Shown here: positions 8,951 to 21,629 of the stretch, one piece after another
Position numbering within the stretch: position 1 is the first letter of the stretch
Layout: every line of letters starts with the position of its first letter
Source: Nemertoderma westbladi
Taxonomy: Eukaryota; Animalia; Xenacoelomorpha
Direction: 5' to 3'
DNA: 41,060 nt
Assembly: GCA_032718475.1 (NCBI GenBank)
Contig: JAUCBJ010000175.1
Coordinates: forward strand, 1-41,060
Notes under the pieces: generated by a model
The model's input: only the letters and a program-made list of their open reading frames with translations
Databases searched by the model: none
Told to the model about the DNA's origin: nothing
Program-made: the position numbers and the translations under genes

Positions 8951-9485
8951 CACAGTTGCACCATTCTTATTCATAATTGTGGTTGACTATGTTCTACTAC
9001 GTTCTACGGAAACGTCCGACTATTTAGAGCAGCAGCAGTAACAGTACTCATCTATGGGTATCCATGATGGGCTCTAACTTTTGAGGACACCAAATCTCTG
9101 GATGGCACATTCACAAGAATGCTACGCCGGGTTCACTGTGTCAAGTACAATGCACACATCTCCAATCAGACACTATATAACATTGGAGGTGTTCCTTTTT
9201 CCTTTGTTCCTCCAAGCATGATACTAGAACAAAACCATCTCCGCTTTGCAGGACATTGCTTTCGCCATGAGGACCAGCCTGTGCATAATCTGGTGCTTTG
9301 GCTGCCCCATGGAGAAAATAAGCATGGTGGACAACCCATAACTTTCTTGAGACGCATCTAAAAGGACACTGGCCTTGAAGATGCGGATAATATCGCGGAA
9401 GTCATAGGGGATAGGGAGTTTTCGCGGTGCAACTTTGTTGATAAGCCGGCATAGCATTCTTAATGCACGCTGCATTGGGCTTGCC
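8951..9485 (+). pseudogene. Truncated, internally deleted copy of the RTE-type LINE 3' end
   Basis: 8951-8998 matches about 15199-15245 and 9007-9485 matches about 15665-16145; premature stops; translated MLRRVHCVKYNAHISNQTLYNIGGV is shared with the long copy. Confidence 0.9.
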
Positions 9486-10020
9486 AATTGTGGATTGCAT
9501 GGTTTTGGTGACAAAATATTTTTGTTAAGCTGACATAGATTTGCAGTTTCAAAGCAGCAGGCCTATTATATTAGTAGTACAGTAGTACAGATAGAGGCAA
9601 TAGACCCCGCCTCATTGATCCTGTTGATATACGCCTAGAGCATCAACAAACAGTGTTCAGTAATTAGGCCTACACGTTCGTGAGGCCTTCGCGTAGTTCG
9701 AGACTGCATACGTACCAAGTTTGATTTAAAAGCAAGGAAATACCGAGTTATTAACGATAAAAAATGAGACGACGACGACGAACAACTCGTTAATGGTACC
9801 CCTATGCTAAGGCTTCGTTCACTTCGTGGCTCGCCCCACAACATAGTTTTATATTGTATGTGACTAAAATTAACAACACCTATTAAACTATCTATGGAAT
9901 GTACTGTAACAATGTATGAACGTACAGATAAACAGTAGGATGTACATGTACAATATGCATTAAATAATTTTACATATATTTAACAATAGTCAGATAGTGG
10001 GCCTTTGTGTGAGGTAATTC

Positions 10021-10116
10021 TGGAGGGTACATTGCTGCCCCCCCCCCCCCCCCGCCCCCCTGTCATTAGGGCAGGGGGGCAGCTGCCCCGCCGCCCCCAT
10101 GCTTCCGGCGCCCCTG
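10021..10116 (-). mobile_element. GC-rich terminus of a non-autonomous DNA transposon (solo end)
   Basis: Minus strand begins CAGGGGCGCCGGAAGC...GGGGCAGCTGCCCCCC with G runs, a common invertebrate MITE end pattern; partner end not found. Confidence 0.4.
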
Positions 10117-12269
10117 GCAATGGGACCTAACGCTCTTTGGGACCAAACGCTCTTTGATACGAATGATACGTTACGCGACTTTACCTCTTTGTTTTGTACA
10201 GGTGCCAAAGTGCGTTTCGTTACGAAAGTTAACACATGTTACAATATTCAGATATTATGCAGGTCTTTATTATTTGGGTCTTTGGTCTTTGTTTTGTAGT
10301 CACCCGGCAGGCCTGGCCATATTGGATTCGGTTAGCACCTTTTCAAGGCTCGTGTAATCTCATTCAAAGGAATGACTCATTGCTTTATCATGGGATCGGG
10401 ATCGGATGGTCAGGTCATGCCACTTAAACAGTAAACACGCCTTGAATTCTGTATGAAAAACATCCGAGATACGATATAATATACATTCGATGTTTATAAC
10501 CTTTTTAAAGCATAACAGGGGAATGTCCCAATTGGGGTACATAGATCGTTAGACATAGACCTACAAATTCAATAGAAAATACAGAACTACTGTATTTACA
10601 GTAGGCCCAGTGGCGGCCTAACTAAACCCTAATCTGCTAATTAAAACTGTCATGTAATCCTAACCCTAAGTCCTAAGAAACTTAGCGGAATTTCTTAGAT
10701 TATGACTTAAGACTGCCAGTGTGCCAGAACAGTTTGTTGTTCCTAGTATATACACTGTTCTGTTACAGCAGTCAGCCATTTTGTACTGTGTGCTGTGCCT
10801 ATAAAGATAGATAGATATTCAATCACATGGTTCAGTCTGTTTAGTTTAATGGCTGGCTTGTGGCTTGAACTGACATAGTTTGAACTGGGTGGATTGTCGT
10901 AGAGAGGGGGAATTGATTGGTTGAGCTGGGAGGATTGGCTATTATTAATATGATAGCAGGCAATGTTTGCTGTGGGCTAACAAAATAATTCTTGTCAGTA
11001 TCAATCTAAGTGATTATATGTAGTGTGGTTATTATTCTGTAAATGGCCCATGTTATGTGATACAAACTAATTGATTACTTGTATTATAGTTCAAAACCAT
11101 TACTTTGTACACAGTTAACTAATTAAGGTACAAAGTAATGGTATAAATTTAATAATTATTTATTTGCACTTAATTGCGTTTGGTAGGTAAAGCGTAAAGA
11201 GGCAGATAAGGTTAAGTCGAAATTAAATTGAAATTATATTTATGGAGAATTTTTATGGAGCTTATTTATATCTTATTACCACCAGTAGGATACTGATTCA
11301 TTTATTGTTTTGGTTAGATTCAGCCCTTCGTGGGCCGGCAGTAGCCGGTTATACTGTTATAAGATAATTATTATTTTCTTTGACAGTGTGATATATAAAG
11401 TGTTTAATACAAACACATAGACGTAACATAATAATAATTGCTGATTGAAATTATATACATAAAAGCGTCAGAAAGACACTTTTTTCCGTAATTTTTTCTA
11501 TTGATCGAAATACAGGCCTACTAAATACATATATCCTTCCCGATTGCTGAGTTTATTAAGTTTCGCACGGTTTTATCACGAGCGAAGTGAATCCTAACAA
11601 AAAAGCAAACAGGCGAGAGGCGACCCAAAGCCGGAGGCGACCCGAATATCTGAAGTTCTTCTTTAAAGAGGACAATCTTTTTGAAAAAATAAATAGATAT
11701 TCTTATGCCTAATACAGAATCACTGTTAATTTAAGTTATTATGGAGAGTATAAGTCTACTGTTACGTGTTAATGCTAGTGGAGTTACCTGCACGGAGCAA
11801 TGACATTTAACGGAAGAAGATATTATTTATTGTCATGCTTTGTTAGGCCTAAAATGGAATTGTGGTAAATAAATTTATAGGATTATATTTACATGTATTG
11901 CTTGTATTAAGGGGCCCTACATGAATATGATATACCGGTAACATAGCGTATAACCTTAATTATCCTATAAATTTAAACTACCACATATCACCATTATGAA
12001 TTTAATCTAACTTTCTGAAACTTTTCTATAATATAGCAATATAGGCCCTATTGATATTTCATATATACTTAACCTGATTGATTACATTTCAATAATTTAT
12101 CTAAAGTCTGTTTATCTTTTTATCTGTTCTACTGTTTTATATTTGATTGTGAATTTCTGCTGGAAATATCTAAGTTTTAGATACAGATTGCGTAACAACA
12201 TAATTATCAGATACCGGTAAGTGCTATTTCCTTCTTTAAATTAACAACATACCGGTACTCACACACATA

Positions 12270-13143
12270 CACCATGTCCCAGAATATAGTGGCGTAATTC
12301 AATGACACGACCCCCCCCCCCCCCCTAATTTTTCTACAAATCGTAATGAGATAGCATGAAATTTGAAATAGAGATAGTTTCACCTCCTGACCGTTTACTG
12401 GGTGAGCTAGAATTTTTATTTTTGCTTTCAATCTTTAGCAACAAGCGTTAAAAAAAAATGTGTCTCCGTCGATATTGTTAGTAGCAATGGAAAGCTGAAT
12501 TTGGTTGGGAGATAGCTGAGATATTGGTATTCGAAAGTTATTATTATTATTATAAGTTTATTGACGATCAAAATTAGCCACAAGCAACTGAAAAGAATAG
12601 ACGTAACAACGGGAAACGGGAAACAACAAATAAGTATACATAATTACATGTATTGTATTTTCATCTGAACTGGGCTATTTTTATTCCATTTTATAAATAC
12701 TCAGAATTCTGGAATATTATATTTATTTCATAAATAGCTATGCATTAGTTATTAAATTAAATTGAATTTAGAATAAAATAGCCCCCTGTAGATGCAATTA
12801 CATGCGACTTTCGAATGCCCATATCTCAGCTGTTTCGCAACTAAATTCAAATGTTTTGACATATTTGGAATCCTTGCTTGGTCAGCTTTACATCGGTACC
12901 AGCCGATGCCCGATGCTACCCTTATAAGGTAGAATAATAACTGCAGTACGACTGGTGTAATATCGCGAGAGACACTGTTTTTAAAGGCTTGTAGCAATAA
13001 AATTTCTAGCTCACGCAGTAAGGAAGAGGGAGGTTAAACTATCTCTGCTTCAAATTTCATGCAATCTCATTAAGATTTGTAGAAAATTTAGGCGGTGGGG
13101 GTCGTGTCATTAAATTACGACACTGTTCTTCTGGGACATGGTG
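12270..13143. mobile_element. Tc1/mariner-like MITE (fold-back), 874 bp
   Basis: TA|CACCATGTCCCAGAA ... TTCTGGGACATGGTG|TA; imperfect TIRs of about 120 bp (12270-12390 vs 13030-13143); extra inverted segment 12510-12540 vs 12807-12837; TA TSD. Confidence 0.8.
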
Positions 13144-13664
13144 TATACGGGACGCGCATATGGTGGAAAACGTGGATGGACTTCCATACATCATCTACAA
13201 ACCGAGGACTATCAATTCTTTTCTTTATCTCGTTTTAGTAAAACTAATTATAAAAAACACCTTTACATTTCCATAAACGAAACCAGATGGATTTAATACT
13301 TTTTGAATATAATTATTGAAAGTGTAAATTTGTTCACGCGTATTTCATAGTGGAACCGAGGACTTGAAACATTTATATAATACACATGTGTATGAGAAGT
13401 CCTCGGATCTCTTGAAAATCTACTTACTCCAGTTGAAAGTTATACAAATATTATTGTGGCCCTGTCAAGAACAAAAAATACCCGAGTTGTCAAATATCAC
13501 TCATATAATGAATAATTTATTAATCTTTTAAAAAATAATATTACCCATTCTAAATGGTTCATAAAGAAAAATCAATGATGGTCCACGGCAATAAAATAAC
13601 CGATTTCGTCCCAGGGAATATAAACAGTACATAGCAATAAAATAATAAAGTATGCATTAACTAT

Positions 13665-13806
13665 TTACATACTTGTGTGTAAAGTAGCACTTTACAGTAT
13701 TATGATCGGAGTGGCTTTGTTACACGAACGAACGTTAGTGAGTGAGTGAAAATAAAGCCACGAGGATCAGAACACTGTAAAGTACTTTGCAACAAGTATC
13801 TATGTA
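13665..13806. repeat. Imperfect palindrome (small fold-back element) centred on cgaacgaacgttagtgagtgagtg
   Basis: tacttg...actttacagt.tt.tgatc...gtggcttt pairs with aaagccac...gatcagaacactgtaaagt...caagta. Confidence 0.6.
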
Positions 13807-14021
13807 GTTTTATTCCAAAGTTTTAACATTAGGAAATGATTGTACAAATACATTATAAGTGATAGAAACTGCACAAACTATATTAGTTGCTGTATAAATA
13901 AATGTCAAAATGACATTAATTATGATATAAAAAAGTTAGCTTGTATTTATGGTGGCGTTTGGAGCCATGTTAATAATATAGCTACTGGCTATTAATAGCT
14001 ATACCCCGCCTACTGGTAGGC

Positions 14022-16159
14022 GGGTCCAGCTTCACACTACAGCTGAGCAACAGGTATGAGGCTCTTGCCTCTGAGGCGGCAGATCACTGTGAGGGCTATA
14101 CTGCCTTTACAGAAGCAGTTAAGTTAGCAGCTGCAGAAACAGTTCCTGTATACCCTCGAAACAGGAAAAGGGCCCCCTGGACTGACAACAAAATTCAGAA
14201 GTGCCGAAATGACCTTCATAAGGCGCAGAAAGAGTCCCGACTCAAACAGACTACAGCGGCCAAGAATGCAGTTAAAGCTGCATCTAGGTCCCTGAACAGG
14301 CAGTACTCTGCTAATCTACAGGAGCTAATAAACCAACAGGTTGATGCCATCAATGATGCTGACGACAGCAGGCAATCATCCCAGGCATGGAAATCGATCA
14401 ATCTGCTTACTGGGCGGAAAAGCCAACCAACCACCAAGGTTAAGGCTGAATCACCAGCCGATCGCCTCAATGGTTGGAAAGCCCACTTTGAAAAGCTCCT
14501 CAATAATGACAGGGTATTGCCTGATAACTTTATAGAAGTAAAAGTGTCTGAGTCTGTACTCCCAGATATTCCCATTGGCGATATCTCCTTTGCAGAAGTG
14601 AAGGCTGCTGCAAAGAGCATTAAGACCAATCGTGCCAGTGGAGTAGATGGTGTTCCCCCTGAGGTCTTTAAAATACCTGAGTGTTTAAAGCTCATCTATC
14701 CCATCATAGTAGACATGTACCGAACAACAAGAGTCCCACAAGAAATGAAAACAAATAAGTTGGTGCCAGTTCCCAAGAAGGGCAACCTAACACTCTATGG
14801 TTCTTTTCGGGGAATCTCATTGATCTCGATTGCTGCAAAGCTATACAATAGGATTCTATTAAATCGCATCAGGGATCCATTGAGAGACTGCTCCGTGGAA
14901 ATCAGAATGGGTTCCGTAAAGGTCGTGGGACCTTGGAGCCCATTTTGGCACTTAGAAGGATAATTGAAGAGTTATCAAAAAAGAAAGACAGGCATCTGGC
15001 TGTTATCTTTGTTGACTTCTTCAAGGCCTTTGATTCAGTCTCTCGCTCACGTATGTTCAGCATACTTTCATTATATGGGATTCCTTATGAAATTATTGCA
15101 GCAATCAGATTAGTATACGATGGTTCGACAACATTTGTGTCTACTGTTGACGGTGACACAGAACCATTTGAAGTGTTATGGGGCGTCCTCCAAGGAGACA
15201 CACTTGCACCATTCTTGTTCATTATTGTGGTTGACTATGTTCTACGCATGTCCTTAGATCATTATAATGATGATGGGGTAACTCCACCTACTGGCTCCAG
15301 AAGTCGAGGAAATCCTGCCAAGTACCTAACTGATCTAGACTTTGCTGATGACTTAGGAGTACTCTCAGAATCATTAGAGGGAGCCCAACGGCTCCTCAGC
15401 TAATTAGAACATGCTGCTTCTAGTGTTGGTCTTTTTATTAACTCCAGAAAGACCAAAATTCTGACAGTTAACTTTGAAAGTCCTCAGCAAGTCTCTGATC
15501 GGATGAGCATAAGCTCAAAGGATGGTATGCTTGAGCATGTGGACGACTTCTGTTACCTGGGATCATGGATCCGGAAGTCAGGTGAGGACCTTCGAATACG
15601 TAAGGGAAAGGCATGGGCAGCCTTGAATAGGCTTTCCCGGATTTGGAAGTCACCGAGAATTAATCGGAAACTTAAGGTCCGATTATTTAGAGCAGCAGTA
15701 GTTCCAGTACTCCTCTACGGGAGTCCATGCTGGGCTCTAACTGCTGAGGACACCAAATCTCTGGATGGCACATTCACAAGAATGCTACGCCGGGTTCATT
15801 GTGTCAAGTACAATGCACACATCTCCAACCAGACACTATATAACATTGGAGGTGTCTCATTGGTTCCCCCAAGCTTGACACTAGAACAAATTAGCCTCCG
15901 CTTTGCAGGACATTGCTTTCGCCGTGAGGACCAGCCAGTGCATAATCTTGTACTATGGCAGCCTCATGGAGTGAATAAGCATGGTGGACAGCCCATGACA
16001 TTCTTGAGACGCATCTTAAAGGACACTGGCCTTAAAGATGCGGATGATCTAGCAAATGTCATGGGTGATAGGGAGTTGTGGCGGTGCAATTTTGTTGACA
16101 AGCCGGCACAGCATTCTTAAAAATGCAGCTGCAATGCAGCATGCCGAACCTAGTAGTAG
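14022..16159 (+). mobile_element. 5'-truncated, inactivated RTE-clade-like non-LTR retrotransposon (reverse transcriptase pseudogene)
   Basis: RT motifs PVPKKG, FRGISLISIAAKLY, QNGFRKGR, FVDFFKAFDSV, GVLQGDTLAPFLF, DFADDL, FCYLGS; frameshift near 14878, stop at 15401-15403, second frameshift near 15470-15500; short 3' UTR with (TAG)3 tail; 11-bp TSD TACTGGTAGGC at 14011-14021 and 16160-16170. Endonuclease domain absent. Confidence 0.92.
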
Positions 16160-17380
16160 TACTGGTAGGCAGTAGGCCTATCTGGCTCTCAGGCAAATTT
16201 CCACCTATTGTTTACGTGGTAACCAATGACGGCGTTAAGTAATGTCCACTAAGGGGACATTACTTAACTACTAACACCAAATACAATACTAAATGTACAG
16301 GTACTAAAACTAAATGTATTGCTGTAATATCCTCTAAAGTTGTAAAGTGCTAAATAACAACTCGCTGTTAATACTGACGGCGTTGAGTAATGTTACAATT
16401 TTCGAATAATTATTAACTTGAAATTAACATAGCCATAAAATAAACAATGATGCATTAATTATGAACTGGCCAATGAATTTAAATATGTTTGAAGTTTCTA
16501 TTTTAACGGCTAGCTGAGTGTTCGTTACAAGTCCTCGGTTCGCGAATACGCGAGCACACACAGACCCCCACATTCACTAATTCAATTCTATCCAATCGAA
16601 ATATGAACACAATGTAAAACTCAACAGAATCCTCAGAAATTCAACAAAAAGGGTTGAGGCGATTCCAGACAGGGAGGGAAACTACACCAATCCCATATCG
16701 GTCACTCATAATGATGAATTTATCAATAAATGGAAAGGTGCAGGATGCAGTGACACGTTATTCTAAACAAAACAATAAATGAAAGTCAATAAAACAAGTT
16801 AAAGTTTTATTTTTGGGAGTAATCAGCTGTTATTTGCGTTGATTTTCCCCTGGCTGCCTGGACGGGGATGAATTTTGATAGCGTAGAGAGTTCCCACAAT
16901 GTCTGTTCGATGCACTGTATATTTAATAGTGATGTGATATTCTTAATTAGATTGTTAAGCGACAAATACGAATAAGCAAACAGTGATAAATAACAACAAA
17001 CCACCATATGCAAAGTGCGGAAGGAATTCGAAAATTTAAATATAATGTTACTCTGGTGCGAAAACGTACGCGTACTTGTAAAACAACACGCGATGTATAT
17101 TATGTATAACTTGATAAGACAAGCTCTTACAGTTTCATTTTTAGTTGAAATTGCGCGTCGGGCGAAAATTGAGGCGTACACATAAAGTAACCGCAGAACT
17201 AGATATTGTACAGATTTGTCCTTCTTACGTTAGTAGTGACCATCGTGTCTGATTTGTTGTGTCTGCAGGGTGATGCCCAGGTTTTACGGCATGTGGCACT
17301 GGAAATGTGATTGCTATCATTGAGGAAGTGAGCTGCATGGTAACACAAAATATTCCTTATTATTTATTCCAGATTGAGGC

Positions 17381-17599
17381 ATGGCTTGCGCCGATGTATT
17401 TTGGTCTATCGTTTGGTTCATCTTGCTGTTAGCTATAGCGTGGCCTCTGGGGTTTGTGGCCGCAATATTTTACGTTCTACTATCGCCCCTACAAACTTGT
17501 TGTGGCGCGTGTACGGGGTTCATGAACTTTCTAATGAAAGGATTACAACTGCCTCTTACCTGTGCCACCAATATGTTAAACCATAAGAACCCTTTATAG
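17381..17599 (+). CDS. 72-aa Cys-rich hydrophobic membrane microprotein, paralog 1 (uncharacterised)
   Basis: ATG-to-stop ORF; near-identical paralog at 18654 whose similarity is confined to the CDS, with synonymous and conservative changes; acceptor ttattccag 8 nt before ATG. Confidence 0.85.
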   Translation: MACADVFWSIVWFILLLAIAWPLGFVAAIFYVLLSPLQTCCGACTGFMNFLMKGLQLPLTCATNMLNHKNPL

Positions 17600-18142
17600 A
17601 ATTTCCGGACTTTCGTGGCTTATCTGTAGTGAATTGATGGTCCTCAGTTGACATTTTATATGGGTGCTAATTCGTAGCTTTTAAATTAATTGTCTTGTCG
17701 GTCATACATTATATTTATGTATCATCATTATAATTGCCGATATAAATTTTAGTTCTCTAATAATACAAAATGGATTAATTTCATGGCTGAATAATTCCAT
17801 TACCAGTCGATATTGTTGCTAGATTGTTTGTAATTTATAAATTATTGTTAATTAATAATTCTGTTAATTTACTGCTAATAGGGATCGTATGCCCCAAGCG
17901 CTCTTATTAGAATGCCAGTTCAAACGAATCTAATTGAAACAATTCTTACCGTATATTTACTAAAATTAGACGATCTAATATTATGAATCAGTACAAACTA
18001 TTTTACCTAATTTGCCACTGGCCGACAGCTTGCTCCCCTGACACATTGTTTGTAATTCAAATAGTTAAAATTCAAACTTATTTTGATTTAAAAATATCCA
18101 TCTATGCGTAATCGCAATACAAAAGTAGGCAGGCCTACAAAT

Positions 18143-18215
18143 AGCCTTCAGAGAGAATCGAACTCTCGACCCCTAGTTTACTAGACTAGTGCTCTAACCC
18201 CTGAGCTATGAAGGC
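18143..18215 (-). tRNA. tRNA-Thr (anticodon AGT)
   Basis: GCCTTCA-TA-GCTC AGGGGTTA GAGC-A-CTAGT CT AGT AA ACTAG-GGGTC-GAGAG TTCGATT CTCTC-TGAAGGC-T: all four stems pair; TTTT terminator at 18121-18124. Confidence 0.95.
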
Positions 18216-18653
18216 GGGTGTGGATTATTCGAACTACTTACAACGAGTTGTTAATTGACGTCGGAAACAATAATTAAAGCTAATCTTTGTGCAGCAGCTT
18301 TACTGAAATTTGGCGAGTCACTATTATTTTATTGAGTATCAAGTTAAGTTATAACTTAATAAGTTAATACCAGGGGTAGTCAGAAATCATGCAGACTACC
18401 TTTAGAGCGATCAAAAGTAGCACAAACTTTTTTTATTCGTATTTCTAGTCTCTGATTATCAGCTGCCTGCATAGTCCCCACACCCCCAACTGATGAATTT
18501 AATTAATCAGTTTTGAACACAAGGTGATTTGTATTATGATTTATATCATTGTGTTGAACTATAGCAGTACCATCACCTAGACCCATCACATAGAGATCGT
18601 ACATTATAATATAATTACTGATTTAACTATTTTTCTTTATTACAGACTAAGAT

Positions 18654-18872
18654 ATGGGTTGCGCAGATGTATTTTGGTCTATCGTTTGGTTCATCGTGCT
18701 GATAGCTATAGCGTGGCCTCTGGGGTTTGTGGCCGCCGTATTTTACGTTCTGCTGTCGCCCCTACAAACTTGTTGTGGCGCGTGTACGGGGTTCATGAAC
18801 TTTCTAATGAAAGGAGTGCAACTGCCTCTAACCTGTGCAACCAATATGATGAATCACAAGAACCCATGTTAA
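18654..18872 (+). CDS. 72-aa Cys-rich hydrophobic membrane microprotein, paralog 2 (uncharacterised)
   Basis: As paralog 1; acceptor ttttctttattacag 8 nt before ATG; AATAAA at 19052. Confidence 0.85.
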   Translation: MGCADVFWSIVWFIVLIAIAWPLGFVAAVFYVLLSPLQTCCGACTGFMNFLMKGVQLPLTCATNMMNHKNPC

Positions 18873-20117
18873 AGATTTCTCTAGTCTGTGTTTTTAGTTA
18901 GCGTTTGCAATAATAGTATGGCTTATAGCCGCTCCTCTCCATGTTAACTGCATAATGCGACACGTACGCAGCCATACATTATTTATGAGTCGATTTATTT
19001 TATTCAAATTTTATTAACACAAACTATGTCAAATTATTAGAAATTTCTTTAAATAAAATTGGAACAAAATATATTATTGGTTTGAATAGCAGTACATTTT
19101 TTAAAGAAAAATATAATTTTGTTATTTTTTCAACACAGCGAAATCAGCATTTTCTAGCAACAATTCTTAGAAATAATTATTTAAAAAAAAACTAAAAGTT
19201 AAAAAATAACTATTTATTACTTGGGACAATAAGTCGAACTTAACTCATTATTCTTGAAGTGTTATATCTACCGAGTTCCAGCGAGGTTCATAAAGGTTCG
19301 ACATAATATTCGACTACTTTTTTCCCCGTAATTTTATTCTAAAATTGGTAAAATTATTTAATAAAACGTACAGCGATATAGTGTTACATAATAAATTTAA
19401 CTGTAGTATTTTACCATCATTGTTTCCATAGTTACTGAAATTCCAATTATTGTACTCTTCAACTCCTGATGCTGCCTTACACTATGTTAATTAATTTAAT
19501 GTTCTGGAATATTTATTTATGTAAGTATATTGGATATTGAGTTCCGTTTTGGAGTACAGTACGCATTGCAGACATTAAAGTTGCAATAAATTTTAGTGTA
19601 TGAATGGAATTTTCTCAAATTACGTGCAAACCTTATATATTACTTTTTTGCCGGGAAAAATTAAATTCAAGGCAATCTTTTGGGTTACTTTTGGGTATAA
19701 CGATATGTTTACATTAATTACATTGAAACTAATTTATATTTGAAATATAATAAATTGACCCAGTAATTAGGTTGCATGAGTTTAGCGGAGTAGCAAGTAG
19801 TGTACCTAAAGTTGTAGTCATGTTGATAACTTAGTTATTAACTTAGTTTCAATATTATTTTATATATACTGCGGACGGTGCGGTATGAATTAGTCTATAG
19901 AAATATGAGACAGGGGGAGGGGGGGGGGGGGGGGGGGGGACTTGCCGCAAATCCAATCACTGCGAATTAATATCTCGCCTCAAAGTTAATATATCTAATA
20001 CGAGAAAGGAGCAGGTTACAGGTTACAGGGGCACGTTATTCAAACCAAAACAATAAACCAAAGTCAACAGAACAAGTTATCGTTTTACTTTTCTTGAGTA
20101 ATCTGCTGTTATTTGTT

Positions 20118-20862
20118 ATTTTATTTATAAGCGTTTTAAAAAAGTTTCTTTTGCCAAATCGCACCCACCGTATCATTGCCATTCTTCACTTTAGTCGTAA
20201 TTTTTCATATCATTAGAAAGCTTGCCTAGCAAGGTTTCCAAATATGTAACAATATCTGAATTTCGTTGAGAAACAGCTGAGATATAGGCATTCAAAGATT
20301 GCAAGAATTATTGTTCACTGCAGGCCATTTATTCTATTTAATAAATACACAATATTCTGGAACATTTTGTTTATGTATGATTGGCTACGCAATATAGATA
20401 TAGTATATAGGCATACCGCTGTTGCCTACCAACTTATAAAATAAATAACACGTTCTAGAATTTTGTGTATTTATTAAATAGAATAAATTGCTTGCAGCGA
20501 ACAATAATTCTTGCAATCTTTGAATGCCTATATCTCAGCTGTTTCTCAACGAAATTCAAACATTGTTACATATTTGGAATACTTTCAACGCAAGCTTTCT
20601 ATTGATGTGAAGAAATTACGACTAAAGTGAAGAATGGCAATGATACGGATGGTGCGATTTCGCAAAAGACACTTTTTTAAAACGCTTATAAATAAAATTT
20701 AAAGGCGAGATCGAAAATTCCGGCTTCATGGTAACAACCACGGTGAGTTGAACTAGTTGTGTTTCAAATTTCAAGCAATATGATAAAGATTTGAAGAAAA
20801 ATTTGGGGGGGGGGGTCCGTGTCATCAGAAAATGACACTACAGTATATTACGGGTCATGGTG
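20118..20862. mobile_element. Fold-back Tc1/mariner-like MITE, left end lost; relative of 12270-13143
   Basis: Long imperfect palindrome 20118-20698 (arms about 250 bp); right end cgggtcatggtg|TA resembles ctgggacatggtg|TA at 13143; shared internal gaatgcc.atatctcagctgtttc. Confidence 0.75.
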
Positions 20863-20867
20863 TATAT

Positions 20868-21189
20868 GGTGGCACTGAAAGGCAACTTTGGCAATATTTT
20901 TTATATTTTTCTTAAAACTATTATATGACCAAAAAAAGTAATCCGAAAATAAGTATTACAGTACCACAGTGACATCATGACACCTGTTTGAATTTCCCTC
21001 TACTAAATTCACCCAATTAAATTCACTCAATCAAATTTTTTGGTCTTCAACTTCGTTCTATACTAAATATATTACGAAGTTTAAGACCTTTTCTTTTTTG
21101 GTTTTAAAGCTCGTAATACGAAGTTTAAGACCCTTTTTTGGTCTTAAATATATAAAAAAATATTGCCTAAGTGACCCTTCAGTGCAACC
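20868..21189. mobile_element. Small MITE with about 35-bp imperfect TIRs
   Basis: ggtggcactgaaaggcaactttggcaatattttt vs aaaaatattgcctaagtgacccttcagtgcaacc; internal direct repeat tacgaagtttaagacc (x2). Confidence 0.6.
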
Positions 21190-21629
21190 CCAGTTATAAT
21201 TGAATTGGCCGAACAAACTAGATTAGGAATAACATTATTGGTGTTACTGATATGGTGTTTAATTCTACGAAAAGTAGTAGTGCGGTGAAATTTATACATT
21301 TTAGTTGTAACTGGCCCGTTCTGATTTATTATTAATTAACTACCGGTATACTAATATTTTTTTACTGTAGGCCTATGGAACACTCAGGTTTTTTTTTACA
21401 TAATATCGTGTAATAGTTTCATACTATAATATCTTTGTTAATTGTAAAATCGTCTTTTTTTCACTAATATATCTAAAAAAGAATGAATAAATCGAACTTT
21501 TTCACTAATTTCAAAAAAATATTGTTAAAATATTTTTTTATACAAATTTTCTCTGCAAATTGCTTAAAAAGGTCTTATTTTTATCTGCTTTCGCAAATAG
21601 TAAAAAATACTATTTTCCACTAATTTTGA

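Noticed and set aside
10360-10542. Minus-strand 60-aa ORF faintly like a LINE C-terminal region
   Set aside because: Too short and degenerate to support without a profile search.
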